A stretch of DNA of 64,000 bases from Desulfobacterales bacterium. GTDB lineage: Bacteria > Desulfobacterota > Desulfobacteria > Desulfobacterales > UBA5616. The first letter of the stretch is position 1. Each line of letters starts with the position of its first letter. The stretch covers positions 64,001 to 128,000 of the forward strand of contig JAWODC010000092.1 of assembly GCA_046483495.1 (NCBI GenBank), in the 5' to 3' direction. The notes below the pieces were generated by a model, which saw only the letters and a list, made by a program, of their open reading frames with translations, searched no databases and was not told the DNA's origin. The position numbers were made by a program, and so were the translations under genes. Shown here one piece after another: positions 9,319 through 19,854 of the stretch.

Positions 9319-10726
9319 GGGAGGACTTTTTCTTTTTCATAAAAGAAAGGGCATTCGAAACCAGGGAGGATGCCCAAGCGGGCAGGCCCAGAGTGTGAAT
9401 ATGGGTGTATGCGGCAAGGACGTTTTTTATGCATACACCGTCTCTACCGTACAAAAAACCGGCGCCTCGTTGCATGTGAAAAACCAGTTGATCCTCTGTC
9501 CCGAACCATTTCAGGACATTGGAATAATGAAATTCATGTCCCTTAAATACCGTTCCCACTTCCAGGAACGGATTCGGTTTGTCCACGCAGGCAACCGTAT
9601 AGCCCAGTCCCTGAGGCTTTTCGGAAATGCCGAAAACGGCAGGCAGAACGCCGGCCATGGGATACGTCGAATCGTTTATCACAAGCGATTCTCCAAGATA
9701 CATAAGTCCACCGCACTCGGCGTAAACGGGAAGTCCGTTTTTCACCATTGCCTTAAGCCGGCGTTTAAAAGCCGTGCCCGCTGAAAGCTTTTGGGCATGG
9801 GTTTCCGGAAAACCGCCCCCGATGTAAAGTCCATCCACGTCAGGCAGGTTGTCGTCGCTCAGAGGACTGATGAAAATGACAGAAGCGCCTGCTGTTTTCA
9901 GGGCGTCGATATTTTCCGGGTAATAAAACTGAAATGCCGCGTCTTTGAAAATGCCGATGCAGGGCCGCGCTTTTTCGACTTGCAGCGATGGTTCGGCGGT
10001 GCAGCCGGAAATGGCTGCTGTGTGCGGCGGCCGTGCCGAATGCCGTCCGGCGATGTCGACAACAGCGTCCAAATCGATGTGCTGTTCGGCAATCAAGGCT
10101 GTCTTCTCGACAGCTTCTTTCGCCCATTCATGCTCAGGCGTCGGGACCAGCCCCATGTGCCGTTCGGGAAAAATTTTATCCGGAATTTTCGGAACGGCGC
10201 CGATAACGGGAATGCCGCAGTGATGGTTGATTGTCTGGGTCAATATCCGTTCGTGTCGTGATCCGGCAACTCGGTTCAATACAATGCCGCCAAAGGCCAC
10301 GTTCGGGTCGAAGTGCATGAGCCCCAATATCATGGCTGCCATGGTTCGGGTGGTTTTCGTGCAATCAACCGCCAGAATCACCGGGGCTTGCAGCAGCTTG
10401 GCCAATTCAGCGGTGCTGGTTTTGCCGTGCAGGTCGATGCCGTCGAAAAGTCCCCGGTTTCCTTCAATGACGGCGATATCGCCGGGAGACGTGCGGGAAG
10501 AAAAAGACCTCAGAATTAGATCTTGCGATAGGATGAAGGTGTCCAGATTGAAGCACGGCCGACCGGCGGCGTATGCCAGCCAGCCTGCATCAATATAATC
10601 CGGTCCTTTTTTAAACGGAACGATTGAGAAATGTTTCTTTTTCAGGGCCGCGATCAATCCGATCGAAAGGATGGTTTTTCCTGACCCGCCGCCAAGAGCG
10701 GAAACAATGAATCTTCCGTATGTCAT
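9299..10726 (-). CDS. dsrN: Cobyrinate a,c-diamide synthase homolog (sirohaem amidase)
   Basis: GGSGKT, FKKGPDYID, EGNRGLFDG, PERHMGL, YAECGG, GHEFHYS; lies directly after dsrD. Confidence 0.9.
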   Translation of the reverse strand: MTYGRFIVSALGGGSGKTILSIGLIAALKKKHFSIVPFKKGPDYIDAGWLAYAAGRPCFNLDTFILSQDLILRSFSSRTSPGDIAVIEGNRGLFDGIDLHGKTSTAELAKLLQAPVILAVDCTKTTRTMAAMILGLMHFDPNVAFGGIVLNRVAGSRHERILTQTINHHCGIPVIGAVPKIPDKIFPERHMGLVPTPEHEWAKEAVEKTALIAEQHIDLDAVVDIAGRHSARPPHTAAISGCTAEPSLQVEKARPCIGIFKDAAFQFYYPENIDALKTAGASVIFISPLSDDNLPDVDGLYIGGGFPETHAQKLSAGTAFKRRLKAMVKNGLPVYAECGGLMYLGESLVINDSTYPMAGVLPAVFGISEKPQGLGYTVACVDKPNPFLEVGTVFKGHEFHYSNVLKWFGTEDQLVFHMQRGAGFLYGRDGVCIKNVLAAYTHIHTLGLPAWASSLVSNALSFMKKKKSSHELSAL

Positions 10727-10786
10727 ACGCGTCTCGGCATGCGTCGGCAATATTCGGGTGAAGCTGAACCGGCCCTGCGGCGTTGA

Positions 10787-11029
10787 TTACTTCTCTTCGT
10801 GTTCGGCTGCAGCTTGTTTGCCTTTTCCGGAAAGACCGTACATGGAGGTGCTGCCGCTTGACCAATATTCGAGCACACCGTCCTGCACCAGTTGATTGAC
10901 TACTTTTTTGGCGTCCCTGGGTTTGGTTTCCAGGATTTTTGCCAGATCATTGAAATAAAATTTTGATTTCGTTTTAAGCTTCTTTGTCAGTTCGGTAACG
11001 ATTTTTTCTTTCGCCTCTTCGTATTCCAT
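10787..11029 (-). CDS. dsrD: Dissimilatory sulfite reductase protein D
   Basis: KSKFYFNDL, LEYWSSGSTSMYGL; downstream of dsrB. Confidence 0.97.
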   Translation of the reverse strand: MEYEEAKEKIVTELTKKLKTKSKFYFNDLAKILETKPRDAKKVVNQLVQDGVLEYWSSGSTSMYGLSGKGKQAAAEHEEK

Positions 11030-11052
11030 ATTGCGCCCCTTTTTTTATAGAT

Positions 11053-11079
11053 GCCGGTGGACGCGGTGCGTCCACCGGC
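11053..11079. other. Perfect 12-bp GC-rich hairpin between dsrB and dsrD
   Basis: GCCGGTGGACGC-GGT-GCGTCCACCGGC. Confidence 0.8.
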
Positions 11080-11097
11080 TTGTGCAAAAAAATTAAA

Positions 11098-12243
11098 TTA
11101 GAATTTGAATTGGGATGTTTGGCGCCAGGTATAGTATGCCGGATCACGGAAATCGTCGATCAGGTGGTGCGTAAAATCCAGTTCGCATGTTTGGAAGAAT
11201 CTTTCCCATCCGATTCTTTCCGCCCAATCCCCCAGCCTCTCGTATTTCCTGCCGTCGGCGGCATAGGCGTCTACGATCCGCTTGATGGTATCGGTCATGG
11301 TCGGCCAGCGCGGCATCTCATTTGGAATAAACGCCACGACAACCTTTGAGAATTTGGGGGTAGTGATTCGGTTGGATACTTTTCCGCCAACCATCAGAAC
11401 GATGCCGTCGCCTTCCCTGTCCGAAAGCGGCATCGAGGGGCACATGGTGTAGCAGTTTCCGCAGAACATGCATCGGTCATTATTGACTGCCACGCTCTTT
11501 ACCTCTTTATCACCAACCTTCACCTTGGCCGGTTTAATGGCGGCGGTGGGGCAGGCGGCAATGGCCAGCGGAATTTCACACATTTTGTCCAGGTATTCAT
11601 GGTCCAGCATGGGCGGCTTCCGGTGATACCCCAGAATAGCGATGTCGGAGCAATGAACCGCGCCGCACATGTTCAGACAGCAGGCCATGGATACGCGAAC
11701 GGGTGCCGGCATTCTGTGGTTTTTGAAATCATCGAACAGTACGTCCAATGTCGCTTTTACCGTACCCGAGGCGTCTGTTGCCGGGGTGTGGCAGTGAATC
11801 CAGCCCTGGGTGTGCACGATGTTGCTTATTCCGGCACCGGTTCCACCGATCGGAAATTTGAAGCTGCCCCCGTCGAATTTTCGGCTTTCCAGATCTTTGA
11901 CCAACGGATCCAACTTCTCCTTACTGTCCACCATAAACTCGATATTGTTACGGGTGGTGAAGCGCATGTGGCCGCCGCAGTGCTTTTCGGCGATTTCGCA
12001 GATCTCACGGATCATGGTGGTGCTCATGATGCGGGCGCCGCCGCAGCGAACCGTATACACTTCATCACCGGTTTCGGAAACATGAACCAGAACGCCGGGC
12101 TTTAGAATTTCATGGTACAGCCATTTACCCTTGTTTTTGGCGATGACCGGAGGGTAAAACGCGTCGTATTTTTTCGGGCCGATATCGGTGATCCGGTTTT
12201 CCATGGGTTTGTCCGGATTGTAACCTGAAGAAATAAATGCCAT
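11098..12243 (-). CDS. dsrB: Dissimilatory sulfite reductase beta subunit
   Basis: [10 protein letters not shown] start, [32 protein letters not shown]. Confidence 0.99.
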   Translation of the reverse strand: MAFISSGYNPDKPMENRITDIGPKKYDAFYPPVIAKNKGKWLYHEILKPGVLVHVSETGDEVYTVRCGGARIMSTTMIREICEIAEKHCGGHMRFTTRNNIEFMVDSKEKLDPLVKDLESRKFDGGSFKFPIGGTGAGISNIVHTQGWIHCHTPATDASGTVKATLDVLFDDFKNHRMPAPVRVSMACCLNMCGAVHCSDIAILGYHRKPPMLDHEYLDKMCEIPLAIAACPTAAIKPAKVKVGDKEVKSVAVNNDRCMFCGNCYTMCPSMPLSDREGDGIVLMVGGKVSNRITTPKFSKVVVAFIPNEMPRWPTMTDTIKRIVDAYAADGRKYERLGDWAERIGWERFFQTCELDFTHHLIDDFRDPAYYTWRQTSQFKF

Positions 12244-12256
12244 GATTATCCCCCTC

Positions 12257-13573
12257 CTATCTCTGATGGTGTTTTCTATATTCGTTGATGTCGCGTTCCC
12301 AGCCGCCTTCGACTTCGTCTTCCTTCCAGAAGATGTACGGATTGTGACGGGGTTCCTGCACCATTTGCGGCACCGGATCCACACCCATCATCTCGAGCAG
12401 CTTCTGCAGACCCTGGCGTTTCATCAGTTCGCCGAGACGTTCACGGTTTTTGCCTTCTTCCATCCACCAATCCCAGATGGGTTCGATGACATTTTCCTTG
12501 ATTTCCGTATAGGGCTCTTCGACTTTTATGAACGGGACGATCAATGATCCCATCTGGGCACCGTCCAGAATCGGGGCCTTGGCGCCGGCGAAAATGGAGA
12601 CGCCGCGGTCATTTCCAATTCTCAGGGCCCTGGGCATGACGTTGATGCAGTGCATGCAGCGTGTGCATTCCTTGTTGTCGATGACGAGTTTTCCGTTTTC
12701 CATCGCCATGCATTGGGTGGGGCATAAGGCGATGACTTCTTTCTGAATATCGAAGGGACCCCAGTCGCGGCCTGAATGGGCGCCGGCATTGGGAGGCAAT
12801 TCGCCGCCGATATAGGCCTGAACCGCTTCCTGGTCAATCCGGATTTCATCTCTCCAGGTGCCGATGAAGGACAAGTCGGCGCGGGCGATGGATGCTACGC
12901 AGCAGTTGGGGCAGCCGTCGAACTTGAATTTGAACTTGTAGGGGAAGGCCGGCCGGTGAAGCTCGTCCTGGTACTCCTGGGTCAGGTCATAGCAGATCGC
13001 CTGGGTGTCGTAGCAGGAAAATTCACAGCGTGAATCGCCGATGCAGTCCGCGGGGGTTCTGAGGTTCGAACCCGATCCGCCAAGGTCCTGCCCCAAATTG
13101 TGCGTCAGTTCGAAGAAGACTTCCTCCAGTTGCGGCGTTGTCGTTCCAAGAAAAATGATATCGCCTGTCGATCCATGCATATTGGTGATGCCGCTTCCTC
13201 TCAAGTCCCACAAATCACAAATCTTTTTTAAGTATTCAGACGTATAATATTTACCGCCGGGTTGTGCCACACGCATGGTATGAAAGTGGGCGACACCCGG
13301 GAATTGCTGGGGCTGGTCGCAGTAGCGGCCGATAACGCCGCCGCCATAACCGAACACGCCGACGATGCCGCCGTGCTTCCAGTGGGTGGTGCCGTCGGAG
13401 TAAGACAATTCGAGAATGCCCAAGAGATCTTCCACGACATCTGCGGGAATTTGAAATTCAATGCCTTCTTCATTCTTCGCCCTTTTTTCCGCCTGTTGTT
13501 TCAGGTCTGAAACAAAACTCGGCCATGGCCCAGACTCGAGCTGGTCCAACAAAGGGGTTTTATGCTTTGCCAT
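12257..13573 (-). CDS. dsrA: Dissimilatory sulfite reductase alpha subunit
   Basis: [57 protein letters not shown]. Confidence 0.99.
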   Translation of the reverse strand: MAKHKTPLLDQLESGPWPSFVSDLKQQAEKRAKNEEGIEFQIPADVVEDLLGILELSYSDGTTHWKHGGIVGVFGYGGGVIGRYCDQPQQFPGVAHFHTMRVAQPGGKYYTSEYLKKICDLWDLRGSGITNMHGSTGDIIFLGTTTPQLEEVFFELTHNLGQDLGGSGSNLRTPADCIGDSRCEFSCYDTQAICYDLTQEYQDELHRPAFPYKFKFKFDGCPNCCVASIARADLSFIGTWRDEIRIDQEAVQAYIGGELPPNAGAHSGRDWGPFDIQKEVIALCPTQCMAMENGKLVIDNKECTRCMHCINVMPRALRIGNDRGVSIFAGAKAPILDGAQMGSLIVPFIKVEEPYTEIKENVIEPIWDWWMEEGKNRERLGELMKRQGLQKLLEMMGVDPVPQMVQEPRHNPYIFWKEDEVEGGWERDINEYRKHHQR

Positions 13574-13576
13574 ATT

Positions 13577-13648
13577 TTACCTCCATATTCGTTTGTTTTG
13601 CTGTTTCTCCGTTAGTTCGCACAACTCAAAATCTACAAGTGGTAACAT
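13577..13648 (-). other. Candidate 23-aa leader ORF upstream of dsrA (MLPLVDFELCELTEKQQNKRIWR)
   Basis: GAGAGGAGGTGA directly before the ATG; stop ends 3 nt before the dsrA ATG. Confidence 0.35.
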
Positions 13649-13740
13649 TCACCTCCTCTCACCGTATTTTAATTAGATAATTTTAAATATTAAAATGGAG
13701 CCTTTTCAAAGCTTGAAGACATTAAACACACAAAAAAAAG

Positions 13741-13769
13741 AATATAAAATGATTATTATATCTTGTCAA
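13741..13769 (-). promoter_or_regulatory. Sigma-70 promoter of the dsrAB operon
   Basis: TTGACA-17nt-TATATT on the minus strand in AT-rich DNA. Confidence 0.7.
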
Positions 13770-13848
13770 TAAAAAACCAGGCATTCATGCATCGAACCGG
13801 CAGGAACGAACGGCAAATTTCGACACGTGCGCCGGAAAACGTGCTGCT

Positions 13849-14400
13849 TTATTTTTGCAGCAATGTCCGGTTCTTCTGCGGCGGATTCAGAGCAAGTTCT
13901 TTAAATCCCAATTCCCTGCATACGGCAATGGTCGTGCTGAAATTCTCACGGCTGACGTGGCCTTTCGGCTCTGCAATGAACAGTGTGCCGCCGGGTTTCA
14001 ATGCATCGGCAATCTGTCTGAAAAAATGCACCCGGTCGGGAACTTCATGCACCATGTGAATGGCGGCCACCAAATCGACCGTCCCATATACATCTTCCAA
14101 ACCCATGTGGCCCTGTTTTGCGACCCTCAAGTCCATTCGGCTTAAAAGCCCGGCCTTTCGAGCTCTTTTTCGTAATGTGGAAATCATCTTATCCTGAACA
14201 TCGACAGCTATGATTTTTCCCAAAGGCCCCGTCATGCGGGCCAGGGGAAGGGTAAAAAATCCCATCCCGCATCCCGGCTCAAGAATCAGCATGCCTTTTT
14301 CGACAAAAGGTCCCAGCAGCTTATCCGGATGCTCGAACAATTTTCTTAAAGGGTTCAACAGAACATATCCCATCCAGAAGGGGCAGACAAACGGTTGCAT
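13849..14400 (-). CDS. Class I SAM-dependent methyltransferase
   Basis: LEPGCGMGFF, AVDVQ, HEVPD, LKPGG. Confidence 0.88.
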   Translation of the reverse strand: MQPFVCPFWMGYVLLNPLRKLFEHPDKLLGPFVEKGMLILEPGCGMGFFTLPLARMTGPLGKIIAVDVQDKMISTLRKRARKAGLLSRMDLRVAKQGHMGLEDVYGTVDLVAAIHMVHEVPDRVHFFRQIADALKPGGTLFIAEPKGHVSRENFSTTIAVCRELGFKELALNPPQKNRTLLQK

Positions 14401-14726
14401 AAAGCGGCTCCTCTAAAGCGCAAAGGCATATCCATTCCTGTGTGTGTTCATGTTACTACAACAGGCTTTGATTTTTTACAAGCAGTCGTATTGATATGTT
14501 AATTTAGCTTTTAATATTTGACTTTGCGGCCGCCTTTTGTCATAAAACCTTACATTTTAAAGAATTGATTTCGATACCCCGAAATCCGATTCGAGAGCCG
14601 TGCACGGATGCGAAAACCCTCCCCAATGCCGGGGATTTTAAAGCCGTGTGCCGTTTTTCCCGGGCGACGTTTTTCATACGCTGCTGCATTCATCGCCCCC
14701 ACAGATCCTAAATCCAGGGAGGTCCT

Positions 14727-15497
14727 ATGCAACATAAAATTTTTGACGGTTTCGATGCGGCCGTGGCCGACATCGAAGACGGTGCATCCATTGTAGTAGA
14801 GTGCTGGGGGACCACAGCGCTTTCCCAGAATCTCATTGCGGCCATCAAACGAAAAGGGGTAAAAGACCTGACATTGATCACGCATAATTTCATTCCAATG
14901 GTCTTTTTTTCCGAGGATGAAGTGGTGAATCTAACCCATCTCCTTCCTCAGCTGAAGAAAATCATTACGCCGGTAGTGGGCCTGCAGCATCTTGGCGCCG
15001 GTGCTTTTGTAAAGGAATACGTGGATAAGGGGCTGGAAGTGGAACTGACCAGTCATGGAACACTGGCGTCCCGGCTGTATGCCGGCGCTGCGGGACTCGG
15101 CGGGATCTACAACCCGGTGGGCGTTGGAACGATTCTGGAAGAGGGCAAGGAAAAACGGGTAATCGATGGGAAAGAATATATTCTGGAGATGCCCATAAGG
15201 CCGGATTATGCATTTGTTCGGGCACACAAGGCGGACACCTATGGAAACCTCGTTTATTGGGGTGTTTACCGGGCCGACCAGCCGGTGATGGCAATGGCCG
15301 CGAAAAAAACAATCGCCGAAGTGGATGAAATCGTCGAAATCGGTGAAATCGATCCGGAGCATGTCGTCACGCCGAGTATTTTCGTGGACCGCATCGTGAA
15401 AATTCCCGAAGGGGGGTTGGGGAGCAATACCCGGGCAAAAGCGTTGATCGGCAAGTTGACTGAAAATGAGATGGTGCGGCAGTTGCTCTTCAGATGA
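14727..15497 (+). CDS. Class I CoA-transferase-fold protein, alpha subunit (atypical)
   Basis: GTLASRLYAGAAG, GVGT, KADTYGNL, IDPEHVVTPSIFVD; ECWG replaces GGFG. Confidence 0.85.
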   Translation: MQHKIFDGFDAAVADIEDGASIVVECWGTTALSQNLIAAIKRKGVKDLTLITHNFIPMVFFSEDEVVNLTHLLPQLKKIITPVVGLQHLGAGAFVKEYVDKGLEVELTSHGTLASRLYAGAAGLGGIYNPVGVGTILEEGKEKRVIDGKEYILEMPIRPDYAFVRAHKADTYGNLVYWGVYRADQPVMAMAAKKTIAEVDEIVEIGEIDPEHVVTPSIFVDRIVKIPEGGLGSNTRAKALIGKLTENEMVRQLLFR

Positions 15498-15539
15498 TGG
15501 TCCTGCCGGCAAAGCAAAATGGAATGGAGGTCAAGGAAG

Positions 15540-16208
15540 ATGAAAGAAAAACTTGACAGGGAAGTTATTGCCATGAGAGCGGCCAAAGAGTTGAAGACGG
15601 GGGATTGCGTCAATCTCGGCATCGGTATTCCCAACCTGTGCGCACATTATATTCCGGAGGGTGTTCTCTTTCAAACCCAGAACGGCGCTCTGGGGTACGG
15701 CGCCTTGATACGGGAAGATGAAATCGATCGGGTGGATCACCACTATGTGGATGCCGGCGGCAAATATTGGCGTCCGGCACCGGGCATGGCGCTGTTCGAC
15801 CTGGTGACGTCCTTTGCCATGATCCGGAGCGGTCGTTTGACGACGATTTTAGGGGGGCTTCAGGTGTCGGAATCCGGTGATCTGGCGAACTGGAATACCG
15901 GCGGCGGTTCATTGGGCGGCACTATCGGCGGAGGCATGGACCTTGCCGTGGGAGCAAAAAAGGTGATTGTGGCCCTCGAACATGTCGACAAAGACGGCAG
16001 ACCGAAAATCGTAAAAAAATGCAGCTATCCATTGACGGCTAAAAACTGCGTCGATACGATCGTCACCGATGCAGCGGTTATCGAAGTCGGAAAAGAGGGA
16101 TTGGTTCTCAGGGAAACGGCCCCGGGTTGGACCGCCGAAGACGTGCAGGCCATCACCGAACCCGAACTGATCATTGCGGAGGATGTAAAGGAGATGGACC
16201 TGGAATAA
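15540..16208 (+). CDS. Class I CoA-transferase-fold protein, beta subunit (catalytic Glu replaced by Gln)
   Basis: VNLGIGIP, TQNG (usually SENG), LGGLQVSESGDLANW, GGGMDL. Confidence 0.87.
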   Translation: MKEKLDREVIAMRAAKELKTGDCVNLGIGIPNLCAHYIPEGVLFQTQNGALGYGALIREDEIDRVDHHYVDAGGKYWRPAPGMALFDLVTSFAMIRSGRLTTILGGLQVSESGDLANWNTGGGSLGGTIGGGMDLAVGAKKVIVALEHVDKDGRPKIVKKCSYPLTAKNCVDTIVTDAAVIEVGKEGLVLRETAPGWTAEDVQAITEPELIIAEDVKEMDLE

Positions 16209-16368
16209 TGGAGAGGGTTTTTCGAATGCCGCGATTCACCGGATCGATTCACCGGATAAAGACACCGGTAGACGAACCCCCTTTATTCCATTCCGGATTC
16301 ACCTTTAAAAACAATGACCGGGCAGGCTTGCGTTTGGTTGCAGGCACCTGCCCGATGATCTTCAATTT

Positions 16369-16511
16369 GTGTTCATCCAGAAATAGGCAATTTCGCGTGA
16401 GTTCAAGGCGGGCGCAAGATCGAAACCGCAGGAATCGTGTGCTATTTTGAGGATTTCGATTTTGCGTCCAACGCAGAAATCGCGTGAAAGGGCCATTTAT
16501 GGTTGGGGCAC
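16369..16511 (-). repeat. 143-bp palindromic element, copy B
   Basis: Near-identical to 8298-8439 apart from a few substitutions; sits between convergent genes. Confidence 0.92.
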
Positions 16512-16514
16512 CAA

Positions 16515-17441
16515 TTAACGTTCTTCTCTGGGCACGTAAGCACCGGCCGACATCGGCAGATCGGGAAGGGGGCTCAAAATTTTGTCGATGTTCTGTGCGA
16601 TTTCATCGATGGTAAACATGCCGCCGTCTTTCTCGACCCCTTCGGAAACGGCCATTTTAAACTCGCTGATCTTGTTTCCCTTGATGCCGCCGTGGCTGGC
16701 CATTACGCGTCCGGTTAAATCTTTGGCCAATTCCGACGCCAGGTAAACGGCCAACCGGGCCGTAGGAAGCACCGAACTGACCTCTTCCAATTTTTCACCT
16801 TCTTTGGCGCGATTTTCGGCTCCCGGAATCGTGGCTACCAGCCGTGTGAATCCGCTGGGGCTGACGCAGTTCACCCGGATGCCGTATCGTGCCAGTTCCA
16901 TCGCGGCTATTTTGGTGATGCCGTATATCGCCAGCTTTGCAGCACCATAATTGCTTTGCCCGAAATTGCCGCATAATCCGGACACGGATGTCGTGTTGAT
17001 AATGACGCCGCCGGTTCCCTGGGTCCGCATAATCCGGGCTCCGGCCCGGGTGCACAGGTAGGTTCCTTTGGCGTGAACGCGCATCACGATATCCCAGTCC
17101 GCTTCCTGCATATTCAAAAGGGTTCTGTCACGCAGGATGCCGGCATTGTTGATCAGGATATCCAGCTTGCCGAATTTTGACAGTGCCGTCCACATCAAGG
17201 TATCCACACCGTCAAGGACGCTGATGTCGGAAAAATCTGCTACGGCAGCACCGCCTGCCTCCTTGATTTCGTTTGCCACCACACTGGCGACGCTGGCGTC
17301 GGAACCTTTGCCGTCAGCGGTTCCACCCAAGTCGTTGACCACCACCTTGGCGCCCTCCTCGGCCAGCAGCATGGCCTCGGCCCTGCCGACGCCCCTGCCG
17401 GCGCCGGTGACGACTGCCACTTTTCCATCAAATAATCCCAT
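16515..17441 (-). CDS. Short-chain dehydrogenase/reductase (3-hydroxyacyl-CoA dehydrogenase-like)
   Basis: TGAGRGVG, VVVNDLG, NNAGILRD, YGAAK. Confidence 0.92.
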   Translation of the reverse strand: MGLFDGKVAVVTGAGRGVGRAEAMLLAEEGAKVVVNDLGGTADGKGSDASVASVVANEIKEAGGAAVADFSDISVLDGVDTLMWTALSKFGKLDILINNAGILRDRTLLNMQEADWDIVMRVHAKGTYLCTRAGARIMRTQGTGGVIINTTSVSGLCGNFGQSNYGAAKLAIYGITKIAAMELARYGIRVNCVSPSGFTRLVATIPGAENRAKEGEKLEEVSSVLPTARLAVYLASELAKDLTGRVMASHGGIKGNKISEFKMAVSEGVEKDGGMFTIDEIAQNIDKILSPLPDLPMSAGAYVPREER

Positions 17442-17792
17442 TATGTGCTCCTTTCGCATTGATGTGATTGGTGAATAGGTGCCCATTCCGAAACGGCTGA
17501 TTCGCTCCATTTTAACGTTGAACGGAAAATATCGATCCTCGGAATACCTAACGTATTCCTGCGGTAAATATTCCCTTTCACTTGAACTGAATCGAATTTT
17601 TTCATTTCCGGATGGACACCGAATCAATTATATGTTTTGGAAGTGAAACTGCACGGCGAGGATAACAACAGCCGTTTTGTAAAATTCGGTTTAGGAGAAC
17701 GTTTTTCTTTGATCGTTTGTACAAAATCAGGGAAAAAGAGTCAAGCATGTCCAGTCCAAAAATAATATAAAGGTGATTTATTTTCCAGGGAG

Positions 17793-19484
17793 GTGGCGCA
17801 GATGATATGCTCAAGGGGCAAATACCGGACGCTGCTGTTTATGCTTTTGGCCGCATTGTGTTTTTCTACTGTTGGTGAGGCTTCTTCGACCACTGCAAAA
17901 AATGTAATCGTTCTGATCGCGGACGGCTGCAGCGCTGAACAGTTCACATTAGCCAGATGGATAAAAAAGGAGGCGCTTTCATTGGACAGGGTCCTGGTCG
18001 GTGCCGTAAAAACCCACATCGCGGATTCCGTGGTGGCCGATTCCGCGCCCGCCGCAACCGCCTATGCAACCGGTGTCAGGACCTTTGACAAGTGCATCGG
18101 CGTAGGACCGGATTGCCTGTCCGGCTCGGATTCGACATCCGGTTCAGCGGTTTGCCGGCCGATGGCTACGGTTCTCGAAGGGGCGAAGCTGCTGGGAAAG
18201 GCGACGGGTATCGTCGTCACCAGCCGGATTTCCCATGCCACGCCCGCGGCCTTTGCCGCACATGTTCCGCATCGGGGCCGGGAAGAGGACATTGCCGAGC
18301 AGATCGTCTATCAGAATATCGATGTGGTGTTCGGCGGTGGTTCAGAGTACCTTCTGCCGATGAATGCGGGCGGCAAACGGAACGATGGAGAAAATCTGAT
18401 GAACGTTTTGAAAAAAAGAGGCGTTCGCATCGTCGGCACCGCACAAGAAATGGCTGACGTACACTCCGGCAGCGTATACGGCTTATTTTCAAAGGGTCAT
18501 ATGCCGGCTGAAATCGATCGGCAAAACACGGCTCCCGGCGTGCCGTCATTGCCTTCCATGACAAGAAAGGCACTCGAGATTCTGTCACAGGACCCGGACG
18601 GGTTTTTTCTCATGGTGGAAGGCAGTCAGATCGATTGGGCATGCCATGCCAACGATCCGGCCCACATGATCGGAGACGTGCTGGCTTTTGAAGAAGCCGC
18701 ATCCGTATGTCTGAAATTTGCCGAAGAAAACGGCCGAACGCTGGTGCTGGCCCTTTCCGATCACAACACCGGCGGTTTTTCCATCGGCAATTATCGTACG
18801 AGTTTTTCATATTCCCAAATAACAACGGAACAGCTGCTGGACCCGTTAACGAAAATGGGGGCATCGGCTTTCATGCTGTGGAAAAGAATAGAGCAGAAAC
18901 GAACACCGGAACAGGTTGTCTCTGTGGTGAAAAACGGATGGGGCATGACGATTCGGCCGGAGGATGGTGCGGCGGTTTTGGCCAGGGCAGACCGATACAG
19001 GGCCTATGGAACACCCCATTATGCGCTCGGCGAGATCTTATGCCCTGAATACACCTGTATCGGATGGTCCACCCACGGGCATACGGGCGGCGATGTCCCG
19101 TTGTACGCCTATGGGCCGAAAAGCCCGGCCGGCGTTTTGGATGCCCCGGACGTGGGGCGCCTTTGCGCACAGGCAATGGGGTTCGATCTTGAACGAACGA
19201 CCCGGCGCCTTTATGCGGACGTTCAGGAGGTCCTTCCGCATGCCGGAGTTATGCTGGACCGCAAAAAACCGGCCAACCCGGTGCTTCGGGTGCAGGTCGG
19301 CCATGTGCGGTATCGATTTTTCCTGAACAAGAATCGGATGGTCACCCCGGATTCAGTGATAACACTCGAGGCACCGGTGATCTACATGGCCGAGTCCCGC
19401 CGGGCCTATTTACCGATGCAGGCGCTCGGCCTGATGGAACCCGGGTTGTTGCCGCTTCCGGACATTGAAGCAAATTCATCCTGA
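17793..19484 (+). CDS. Alkaline phosphatase (PhoA family)
   Basis: Signal peptide, IADG, ADSAPAATA active Ser, HATPA, EGSQIDWACH, SDH, HGHTGGDV. Confidence 0.92.
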   Translation: MAQMICSRGKYRTLLFMLLAALCFSTVGEASSTTAKNVIVLIADGCSAEQFTLARWIKKEALSLDRVLVGAVKTHIADSVVADSAPAATAYATGVRTFDKCIGVGPDCLSGSDSTSGSAVCRPMATVLEGAKLLGKATGIVVTSRISHATPAAFAAHVPHRGREEDIAEQIVYQNIDVVFGGGSEYLLPMNAGGKRNDGENLMNVLKKRGVRIVGTAQEMADVHSGSVYGLFSKGHMPAEIDRQNTAPGVPSLPSMTRKALEILSQDPDGFFLMVEGSQIDWACHANDPAHMIGDVLAFEEAASVCLKFAEENGRTLVLALSDHNTGGFSIGNYRTSFSYSQITTEQLLDPLTKMGASAFMLWKRIEQKRTPEQVVSVVKNGWGMTIRPEDGAAVLARADRYRAYGTPHYALGEILCPEYTCIGWSTHGHTGGDVPLYAYGPKSPAGVLDAPDVGRLCAQAMGFDLERTTRRLYADVQEVLPHAGVMLDRKKPANPVLRVQVGHVRYRFFLNKNRMVTPDSVITLEAPVIYMAESRRAYLPMQALGLMEPGLLPLPDIEANSS

Positions 19485-19551
19485 TCTAAAAAAGGATATC
19501 GTTCTATTCATAATGCTTACCCGAAATCGATTGCTTGGGAGAAGCTGTAAA

Positions 19552-19850
19552 ATGTCGAACGGCACTCTTCCGGGATTTACGGATTGTCTGCTGCGGATGA
19601 ACGGATTGGATCGCTACGGATTTCCCAAATAGTTGTTTTTGCCGGGAATGAAATTCAATGACGTTCAAAAATGGTGGGCCGAAGGAAACCGTTTGACGGC
19701 CCACGGCGGTCTGGATGTGAGCCTTTTCGAGGATCGGTTCGGAAAGACTTGCCGGCTGAGTGCCGGAAACGGTGTGCCGGTCGTCCAAGACGGCACGGTG
19801 AAGGCGGTTTTGAACGATTTCCCGGGCATGACGGTGTTGTGTTGCATGAT
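19552..19850 (+). pseudogene. Gene remnant with in-frame TAG, possibly M23-peptidase-like
   Basis: MSNGTLPGFTDCLLRMNGLDRYGFPK*LFLPGMKF...KWW...HGGLD...PVVQDGTVKAV; TAG at 19630-19632; frame runs into the convergent DUF1566 gene. Confidence 0.5.
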
Positions 19851-19854
19851 GATT

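Noticed and set aside
8297..16511. Composite transposon or integron bounded by the two identical hairpin copies
   Set aside because: The enclosed DNA is the core dsr operon; no transposase, integrase or cassette-like organisation
19630..19632. Pyrrolysine read-through of the in-frame TAG
   Set aside because: No pyl genes are visible and the frame is also truncated downstream; a nonsense mutation is simpler
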